From the IMG/VR virus record IMGVR_UViG_3300049005_000030, positions 1 through 64,000 of that record: 64,000 bases of DNA; one strand, 5' to 3'. How positions within the stretch are numbered: position 1 is the stretch's first letter; the number at the start of each line of letters is the position of its first letter. Under the pieces are notes generated by a model that saw only the letters and a list, made by a program, of their open reading frames with translations, had not been told where the DNA came from and searched no databases. Origin of the DNA: a virus. Positions 16,799-25,900 of the stretch are shown here, one piece after another. Both the position numbers and the translations under genes were made by a program.

Positions 16799-18010
16799 AT
16801 GGTGGCCGGCAACGAGAACCGCGCCGACCACAACGAAGTCCTGATCACCGCCATCATCACCGCCTACCTCGCGCGAACCCTCGGCGTCACCATCAGCCGG
16901 CTACGCGGCCCCGCCGCGCGCAAGGGCACCCGGTTCTGGGAAGGCGACGGGGCAGGCACGCGAACGCTCGACCCCGCCTACGTGCTGCCCGACAAGCTGA
17001 TACGCGAGCTGGAAAGCCAGATCACGCCGGTGTTCCAGCGCATCGCCGAGAGCGCCGCCGCCGAGACCGCCCAGCGCATCGACGGCGAGGGTGACGACCT
17101 GGTGCCCTACAGCGCGCAGGACATCGGCGACGCCGTGGCCGCCGCCGTCGGCCGCGTCATGGTCACCGCCGAGCGCTACGCCGACGAGGTGCGCCAGGCC
17201 ATCGCGCAGGCCGAGCACGACCACACCGCCGACCTGGACGCGGTCACCCGACAGGTGGAGGCGGCCAACCGGCGCGGCGGCGCGTGGCTGTCGACATCGG
17301 CGCGCACCCTCGGCTTCGCCCTGTCGAACGAGGCCGCCCGCCGTGAAGCCATCCGGCGCGGAGTCACCCACCACCAGTGGGTGGCCAAGGATGACGATCA
17401 CGTCCGCGCCTCGCATGTCGTCGCCGACGGCCAAGTCCGGCTGATCGACGACCGGTTCGAGGTCGGCAAGGCCCGGCTGCTCTATCCCGGCGACCCGTCC
17501 GGCCTGCCCTCCACCTGGGACGAGGTCGCGAACTGCCGGTGCGGGCAGGCATTCGGAATGCCCGCCATGGCCACCCAGCGCATGTTCGCCCTGATGCGCG
17601 GCCAACGGCACAACCCCGACGCGCCCGGCAACACCTCCACCGCATTGGCCATTGCCGTCGCGGCCGCCGCCGATCAGCCCGGTGGCGCGACCATCACCGC
17701 CAGCCCGCACGGCTTCCCGGACCTGCCGCCGGTGGCCACCCTGCTGTCCGCGCCCACCGACCTGGTGGGCTACCGGGTGCTGGACAAGCCGCCGCAGGTC
17801 ACCCCCGGCCAGTGGCTCACCCTGCCCGGACAGCTCGTGCTGGGCATGGCCCCGCCAGCCTCGGCCGCCGCGATCCTGCTCACCGTGCTGATCCCGGCCG
17901 GCACCACCATCGGCGTGGCCGGCGGCGCGATGCTGCTGCCTGGTGACGTCCCGCTGGAAGTGCTGGGCGCCGGCATCGACGGCATCCGCGCTCAGGCTGT
18001 GACGCCCTGA
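16799..18010 (+). CDS. MuF-like minor head protein with degenerate ART-like C-terminus
   Basis: QWVAKDDDHVRASH...DGQ...LLYPGDP...ANCRC; start uncertain, frame open from 16556. Confidence 0.85.
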   Translation: MVAGNENRADHNEVLITAIITAYLARTLGVTISRLRGPAARKGTRFWEGDGAGTRTLDPAYVLPDKLIRELESQITPVFQRIAESAAAETAQRIDGEGDDLVPYSAQDIGDAVAAAVGRVMVTAERYADEVRQAIAQAEHDHTADLDAVTRQVEAANRRGGAWLSTSARTLGFALSNEAARREAIRRGVTHHQWVAKDDDHVRASHVVADGQVRLIDDRFEVGKARLLYPGDPSGLPSTWDEVANCRCGQAFGMPAMATQRMFALMRGQRHNPDAPGNTSTALAIAVAAAADQPGGATITASPHGFPDLPPVATLLSAPTDLVGYRVLDKPPQVTPGQWLTLPGQLVLGMAPPASAAAILLTVLIPAGTTIGVAGGAMLLPGDVPLEVLGAGIDGIRAQAVTP

Positions 18011-18156
18011 GTCAGCACGATCACCAGCGCGACGATCGCCAGTGCGGCGCCCACGATCAGCGCTATCTGGTAGCCCGGACGCGGCCCGACCGCCACCGCG
18101 ATCAGGCCCAGCACGACGGCGACGGACAGAAACAGCAGCGCGAGGTGGTCGGTCAT
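17992..18156 (-). CDS. 54-aa two-TM protein antisense to the head operon
   Basis: MTDHLALLFLSVAVVLGLIAVAVGPRPGYQIALIVGAALAIVALVIVLTQGVTA. Confidence 0.55.
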   Translation of the reverse strand: MTDHLALLFLSVAVVLGLIAVAVGPRPGYQIALIVGAALAIVALVIVLTQGVTA

Positions 18157-18357
18157 GGGACTGGAGTACCCAGAAACGACGAAACCCCCGCCGTAGACGG
18201 GGGCTTGTCGGTTCCGCACGTACCCGTGACCTTCCGAGGTGAAAGCCAGGCTGTGCGCAAAACAGCATAGCAACCGCCCACTTCGCGTGTCGACCACGTG
18301 GCCGCCGATACGGCTGCGACGATGGCGCGAGCGCGCATAGATCGTGAGGAGACAGCG

Positions 18358-19860
18358 ATGGCAGACGGGGCTCGAACCTCGGGAATGGTCGCGCTGGTGC
18401 CCAGTGCCGACGATGTGGACAAGCTGGCCATAGGCGGCGGCGAGGACCCCGGGGAGCTGCACCTGACGCTGGCCTACCTCGGCGACGATGTGTCTCAGCT
18501 TTCACCGCAGGAGCGCAACGGGCTGGCCGGCGCCATCCTCGACCACGCGCAGAACCTCGCGCCGATCACCGCGCGCGTCATGGGGCACGCCTCGTTCAAC
18601 CCCGACGGCGGCGCCGAGGGCGACATGGACCCCTGCGCCGTCTACCTGGTCGGCGACTCCCCGACCATCCCAGGCTTGCATGACGACCTGGCCACGCGCA
18701 CCAGCGCCGAGCAGCACACTCCCTTCATCCCGCACGTCACCGCCGGCTACGGCAAGAGCGCCGGGGACCTGTCCTACTCCGGCCCGGTCACCTTCGATCG
18801 GATGCGGCTGGCCCTGGGCGACCAGGCGTACGACTTCCCGCTGGGCGGGGTCGACCCGGACGCCGAAGACGACGACGCCGAAGAGGACCTGGCCGACGGC
18901 GGGGCCGACGAGGCCGCCGAGGGCGAGGATCCCGAGGATGACGACCGTATTTTCGAGGATGACGGGGTGGATCCCGAGGATGACGACTATGGCCTGAAGG
19001 GCCTGGAGTCGTTTCGCCAGTACGAGACCAAGCGGGTATTCAGCTCGGATCGCCGCAAGAAGCTGGCCCTGTCCGGGCACGCCATGTCCGACGGGTCGTA
19101 CCCGATCGAGACGGTGGGCGATCTGTCCAACGCCATCCGGTCCTACGGCGAGGCCCCGGCGGCCAAGCGCCCCGCCGTGCGCGCCCACATCGTCAAGAGC
19201 GCCAAGAAGCTGGGCGCGCGAAAGATGATCCCGACGAAGTGGCCGGAGCACCCGGCCAACAAGGGCAAGAAGCAGCTGACGGTGGCCGAGATCGAGCAGA
19301 AGGTGGCCAGTCCGGATCCGCGCGCGGCCAAGCTGCGCAAGTACTGGGCGCACAACCCGAAGGCGCGGGCCAAGTGGCAGCCCGGGGTCCCGGGCGACTT
19401 CAACCGGCTGCGAACGCTGCTGGCCAAGTACGTGCATGACCCGCACATCCTGGCCGGGCTGACGGCGAACATCCACAAGATGGCGACCGGCGCATGGCCC
19501 GGCCACGAGAAGTCGGTGCGGATCAGTGTGGCGCAGTTCAAGGCCGCGCTGGCTATGGCCGACCCGGACGCCGAGCAGCCTTCGGCGGATGTGTTCGCCG
19601 ACCTTGGGAGCGTCGACGAGGACGCCGGGGAGCGCGGCGACGACGCGCCCGACGAGGACCCGGACGACGAGGACGCCTACGAGCAGGCGCTGGCTGACGA
19701 GGTGGACTGGAACATCACCCCGGATGGCGTGCTGGTCGAGGGTGGCGACACCGGCGCGGTGTCCAACCTCGGTGAGGACGAGGACGAAGAGGACGACCCG
19801 GTGGGCCCGACGCCGCGTGATGACGGGTCGGATCTGTTCAGCGTCGCCGGTTTGGGTTGA
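18358..19860 (+). CDS. multidomain head-associated protein: 2H phosphoesterase (Acb1/LigT-like), acidic linker, DUF6582-like domain, further head domain
   Basis: LHLTLAYLG and PHVTAGY HxT pair; GHAMSDGSYPI...AIRSYG; LRKYWAH...PGDFNR...HKMATGAWPG; GAGGAG RBS. Confidence 0.8.
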   Translation: MADGARTSGMVALVPSADDVDKLAIGGGEDPGELHLTLAYLGDDVSQLSPQERNGLAGAILDHAQNLAPITARVMGHASFNPDGGAEGDMDPCAVYLVGDSPTIPGLHDDLATRTSAEQHTPFIPHVTAGYGKSAGDLSYSGPVTFDRMRLALGDQAYDFPLGGVDPDAEDDDAEEDLADGGADEAAEGEDPEDDDRIFEDDGVDPEDDDYGLKGLESFRQYETKRVFSSDRRKKLALSGHAMSDGSYPIETVGDLSNAIRSYGEAPAAKRPAVRAHIVKSAKKLGARKMIPTKWPEHPANKGKKQLTVAEIEQKVASPDPRAAKLRKYWAHNPKARAKWQPGVPGDFNRLRTLLAKYVHDPHILAGLTANIHKMATGAWPGHEKSVRISVAQFKAALAMADPDAEQPSADVFADLGSVDEDAGERGDDAPDEDPDDEDAYEQALADEVDWNITPDGVLVEGGDTGAVSNLGEDEDEEDDPVGPTPRDDGSDLFSVAGLG

Positions 19861-19886
19861 TTACCCGCCGCCAGGGCGGCTAGTAT
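19857..19886 (+). promoter_or_regulatory. degenerate promoter/operator copy
   Basis: TTGATT-acccgccgccagggcggc-TAGTAT, then GTTCCGT. Confidence 0.6.
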
Positions 19887-19922
19887 TTCGCTGTTCCGTT
19901 CGACCGCAGGAAGGCGCAGGCC

Positions 19923-22900
19923 GTGACCGCACCCCCGATCCCCGCCCTGGAATACAAGACCCTCAGTGCCACCCTGGCCGCGCCGACCGCGCTCAACCCC
20001 AGTGACACCGGGGACGCCGTGGTGGTCGGCTACGACGACGCCAAGGGCACCGTCGACGCCGTAGTGGCCGTCACCGGCACTCGCGACGAGGTGGGCGACA
20101 TCGTCACCCCCGGCGCGTTCAAGTCGAGCATCGCTAGCCGCCACCCCAAGATGTGCCTGGGCCACGACTGGAACCGACCCATCGGCTGGCCCATCGACTA
20201 CAAGGAACTGCTGCCCGGAGACCCCGGCCTGCCGGCCGAGACCGCCGACGGCAAGCCGTGGCCTGCCGAGGCCGGCGGCCTGTGGACGCGCAACCAGTAC
20301 ATGCTCGACACCCAGGACGGCCGCGACGCCTACGCGCACGCGAAGTTCTACGGCAACAAGACGGCCTACTCCATCGGCTACGTCGTCACCAAGTCCCGCA
20401 AGGCCCTGGTCGACGGCCTGCCCACCCGGATCATCGACGAACTCGACCTGTACGAGTACGGCCCGGTGCTGCACGGAGCGCACCCGCTGGCCACCCAGCA
20501 GTCGGTGAAGACCGCCGCGCCGCAGGGTATCGAGAACAAGGTGCGGCTGGTTCACGACGCCCACTACTGGGGTCTGCCGATGGGCACCCCGATCCACCCC
20601 GGCATGAAGCCGCGCGGCGCGAAGGCGCAGAAGCTGGAACGGGCCGGGCACGCCGTGTCCGAGACCGAGGGCGCGGTGGACATCCCCAATGACAAGCTGC
20701 GGATCAAGCCGACCGCGCGGGGCAAGTCGAAGTTCAAGCCGGACGGCGCGCTACAGGCCCAGCTCTACGGCGAGATCATGTCGAAGATCGACGAGGGCGA
20801 GGCTCCCGAGGACTTCTCGGTCGACGACCCGAACGGCCTGAACAAGAAGGAAGGCGAGTACAACCCGCTGGACCTGATGGTGGCCAACGGCGTCACCCCG
20901 GCCGAGATGGAGAACACCCTCCGCAACGCCAACTGGGACGACAGCCGGGTGGGCGACTCGGCCGACAACCAGGACCAGATCAACACTTTCGTTGACGACG
21001 TGGTGGGCGTCTACCGCGAGAAGTACAACGCCGCCCTGGTCCAGCAGAACGGCAACAAGGACACCGCCACCGTCGCCGACCCCGCCGACACCGGCACAGA
21101 CTCGGCCGGTGTCGAAGGCCCCACCCCGGACGTGCCTGACACCACCGCGCCCGGAGACGCCAATGCCGGCGACACCACCGCGCCGGCCGCGCCCGAAGCG
21201 ACCGCGCCGGACCACCCGCAGGCAGCGCCGGGGTCGACTCCCCCGGCCGCGCCGGCAGCCGCGCCGGGGCAGCCGGACGCGCCCGGCATGTCCACCACGA
21301 AGCTGACCACGCTGCCCAAGCACGAGGCGGCGGCCGCCGCCGGCTCCATGTCCGACCAGGAACTGGCCGCGCACGACACCGAGATGGCCTCGCGTGCCAC
21401 CCAGCTCGGCCGCGACGGCCAGGTCAGCCCCAACCATCAGACCGTCAAGGACGAGGTCGCCCGGCGTGCGGGCAACCCGCCGCAGGCCCCGGCGGCCGGG
21501 CCCGCCGCCCCGGCCGCGAACGCGCCGGCTCCGACGACGGCCAAGCCGCCGCGCAAGCTGGCCGCCAAGCCGGCCGCCGCGATCGGCGCGGCCAAGCCCG
21601 GCAGCGTCACCCAGCACCCGACCGGCCCCGACGGCAAGCCCGACACCACCGCCGAGCCCGTGGCCAAGCAGGGCCTGGTCACCGACAAGGTGCCGCCGAA
21701 GATGGCCGACGGCCTGGCCAAGGCTGGCCTGGCCGAGCACACCGCCGAGCCCGGCAAGATGGTGCTGACCCCGCAGGGCGAGCAGCACCACCATGCCATC
21801 AACGGCACCACGCCGCCCGCGCCGAACGGCGCGCCAGGGGAACAGGCCCCTACCGCGCCGACGATGTCCACGAACAAACTGGCCTCGCTGAACAAGCAGG
21901 ACGTGGCCACAGCGGTGGGCGCGATGTCCGACCACGAGCTGGCCGGACACGACCAGGAGTTGGCCAGCCGCGCCTCCCAGCTCGGCAAGCCAGGTCAGGT
22001 CACCCCCAACCACCAAGCGGTCAAGGACGAGATCGCCCAGCGTCCCGCACCGGCCCCCGGCGGGATCCCCCCGACCGCCGCCGTGGGAGCGCCGGGGATG
22101 GCTCCGGCCGTCCCCGGCGCATCGGCCGTCCCTGGCGAGCCTGCGCACGCCAATGCCGTGGCCGCCGAGACGTTGCGCACCCTGCCGCGCGACGCCTCCG
22201 GCCGCGTCGACCTGGTCAACGCGCCCACCTCGCTGGTTCAGACCATGCGACAGGCCGGCATCGACGACAGCGGCGGCGCGGAACAAGATGAACAGTCGTT
22301 TACCCGCGCGCTGGACGCGCTGGACCAGCAGTACGGCCAGGACCCGGCCATGGCGCACGCGCTGACCACCGCACGCGGCTTCGTCACTGGCGAGCAGCCC
22401 GGCGCCCGCGTCATCCAGAAGCAGGCCGCCGCCGACGCCAAGCAGCTCCAGACCGATGAGACCCCGGTGGGCGACCGGGCCGACGCCGCGCGCGTGCTGG
22501 CCTCCGCCCTGAACAAGTCCGGCATGGCTTACATGTCCGACCCGTCCGGCAACGTCCGCGACAGCCGCCCCATCCCGAACGCCCTGTCGAAGTACGCCCA
22601 GGCCCTGGTCAGCTATCACGGCGCGCTGCCGCCCGCGAAGGTCGCCAAGCCCTCCGGCGCGCCCGACTACACCCCGACCGGCGACGCCAGCCGCCTCGGC
22701 GAGCTGACCGACAGCCAGTTGGCCGCCGAGGTTGGCCACGCGCAGGGCAAGCTGGACGAGATCACCAAGGCCGACCCCCGCCGCGAGTCCGGCCAGCACG
22801 CTGACGCCAAGCTGAAGCTGGACGCCTTCCAGGGTGAGCACAGCCGACGGCAGCAGGCCGGGGAGACGCGCCCGGACGAGACCGCTCCCGACGCAAGCGG

Positions 22901-25900
22901 AGGCACTCCTCCGAATCCGGAGGCCGTTTCGGCGACGTCCACACAGGACGGACAACCGGCCGCCGTTCCCAACGCTGCCAACGAAACCGGCATCCCCGGC
23001 ACACCCGCCGCACCGCCGGCCACCCCGCACTCCGACACTGTTCCGACCCCACAGGAAGCCGCCCAGATCACCGCCGACGAACAGGGCGACGTCCAGGACA
23101 TCGGCGACTCCGCTCAAGGCGTGGTCGAGTCCGACGACGGCGAGTTCGAGGTGGAACCCGACATCGCCGAACGCCAGGACCGCATCGCCACCCTGCTCGG
23201 CCAGTCCGATAGCGGCAACCTCGACCTGGGCAGCCAGAACGACGACCAGTTGCGCTCAACCCGAGGCGACATCGTCGGCGAGATCCAGTTGCAGCGGTAC
23301 CTGGACAACCGCAACCGCCAGCGCGCCAACCCGCAGCCCACCACACCGGAACCGCCGCACGCCCCGGAGGGCGCCGCACCGGCCCAGGGAACCGTCGACG
23401 GCCACACCCCCGGCACCCAGGCGACGCCCGGCGCGCCGGTGCCGGCCGTTCCGGCCGAATCGGGGCCGCCGCCGCAGCGCCCTGGCGTCGCGGGCGCGGC
23501 CGAGGACTTCGCCGACGCCCTGGAATCCGGCGACAGCGAGAAGATCGACGCCGCGCGGGCCCGGCTGGCGTCCAGCCTGCGCCGGTCCAAGACAGACGCC
23601 GCCTCGGTCGGCGCGATGCGCGAGCTGGCCTCCGGCGAAGGCGACCCGAGTGCGGAGGACCTGCGAGCCGGCGCCCAGACGGTGCGCACGGAGGTGCGCG
23701 AGCGGCGCAACACCCAGGCTCGCAGCCGCCGCACCGCGCGCCGCTTCGAGCGCGACCACCTGCGCAACCTGCTGCACCAGGTCGAAGGCGAGATGGACCG
23801 CCGCAACATGCGGTACGACCCGGTGGCGCCGGAGTCCGGCGACGGCGCGGCCGCCTCCGGGACGTGGCGGACCGAGCTGCGCAAGCATTCCTGGTCCAAT
23901 CTCGGCTTCCAGGAAGACCATCTGAGCGGGGCCAACTTCACCGCCATGGTCTCCACCCCGGTCGACGCCAAAAACAACCCCACCGCTGGCGCGAACTACA
24001 CCTGGAAGACCATCGACAACGATGGCAACACCATCACCCAGGGCAATGGCACCGTCGACAACGCCACCGGCGCCCGCGACGCCATCGTCACCGCGCTCAA
24101 GGCGCAGCAGGCCCTGGGCAACCTGCCCGCCGACGCCGGGGTGCCCGAACCCAGCACTCCCCAGACCAGCTCGGCGCGCACCCATGCCGACGTGGCCGCC
24201 GCCGTCAGCCAGATGCAGGAGCGGCTGAGCACGGCCGAACGCGCCGTCAACCCCATCACGGGGGCCCGCGATCCGCTGGGCAAGCGCCCGACGCTGACCC
24301 CGCCCGCGCGACCCGCGTTCACCAGCCCCGACCAGGTGCGCCAACACCTGGCGACCCTGGCCGCCGACGGGTCGCAGACCCGCCAGCTCATCGCCCGGCG
24401 AGCCGTGAACGTGCAGTGGGACAACGTGCAGCTCACCCCCGGCGGCGGCCTCATGGTCGTCACCGTGGCCGGCGAGAAGGACCCGCAGCTGTGGCACACC
24501 GGCAGTGGCCGCTCGGCCATGTCGCTGATCTACCGGGGTTCCGGCGGCGCCTCCCGCCTGTCCGCGCCGGATCTGCTGCGCGCCGGCACGCTCATGGAGT
24601 CGCTGCCCGACGACAACGGGCACACCGTCGACTTCTCCAGGTCCGACGACAACAGCGTGATGACCAGCACGAGCGACTACACCGTGGGCGACCGCAGCGG
24701 CGTCGACGCGTTCGCTCGCAACGTCATGAGCGCGCTGGTCGCCGAGAAGATCAAGAACGGCCAGTGGGGCAGCCCCGTGGTCAGGGGCATGTCCTCCGAC
24801 GTCGCTCCGTTCTCGCCGGGCAGCAACCACACCCGCGCCGGCTACGTGCAACAGAACCGCGACGCCCTGACCACAATGCTGTCCAACTCCCTGACCGGCC
24901 GCCGCGTCAAGCCCACCGGCGAGGACGCGGACACCCTCAACGTCGCCACCGCCGCCCAGACCCTGACCAACCTGGGCGCGCCCGACGCGGCCGCCGTGCT
25001 GCTGCGCCGCCGCGCCGCCGAGGTGCGCGCCACCTTCGGCGGTGAGGCCGACGCGCACGGTGCGAGCACCCTGGACAACCTGGCCGCCGGCCACCTGTCC
25101 ACCTACTCACCTGTCCTGTCCCCCGGCGAGCGGCTGCTCAGCATCACCCAGGGGGAACGCGTCACCGTGGCCGACCCCGACGGCAACGCCCGTAGCTACC
25201 GGGTGCTGTCGCCGCCGCGCACCGGCACGTTCCCCGCCTATCGCACCGCCACCGTCATGGACGAGTCGACCGGCGAGACCGGCGTGCTCACCGTCGCCAA
25301 CAATGCCGCCGAGCAGCCGCAGATGACCATCAGTCCCAGCGCGGACCTGCCGGCCATGGTGCGCATCGACCTGCACTCGCCCACCTTTACCGTGACCGGC
25401 GCGGACGAACCGGCCCCCGCCAACGCCGACGAGGTGCGCGCGAACGCCATGGCCGAGGTGGACGCCATCCCGCATGAGGTGCTGGACGCGGCCGCCGCCG
25501 CCCTGCCCTCCACCAACACCGAGACCGCCGCGCGTCGGGCTCTGCCGGCCGACCAGCGGCCGCCCCGGCGCACCAGCCCGCGCGCGGTCCCCAAGACCGC
25601 GCCGGAGGCCAAGCCGGGCACCCCGGTCGCTGGCGAGCAGCACCTGGCGGCCACCCAGGCCAGCACGCTCAGCTCGTGGGTGGGCGCCGAGCACACGCTG
25701 TCCGACTCGGCCCCTGCCGGTGGATTTGACTCGCTGGCCTCATGGCGGGAGTGGGCCAGGGAGGCCGCCAGCGACCCGAACACGCCGCCGAAGGTGCAGC
25801 AGGGGCTGACCAATGCGTTGCTCAACGACGACTACCTGGAAGCGAACGGGGCACGTCTGTCACCGGGTGGTCACATGATCGTGTTCGGAAAGAACGGACA

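Noticed and set aside
16716-16844. ATG at 16716 (ATGA overlap) as the MuF start
   Set aside because: Wrong frame; it closes after about 42 codons.
20751-25094. Long antisense or alternative-frame ORFs (e.g. 20751-23117, 23256-25094, also 32407-34191, 16901-18505)
   Set aside because: Shadow ORFs expected in high-GC coding DNA; they overlap well-supported genes and lack motifs.
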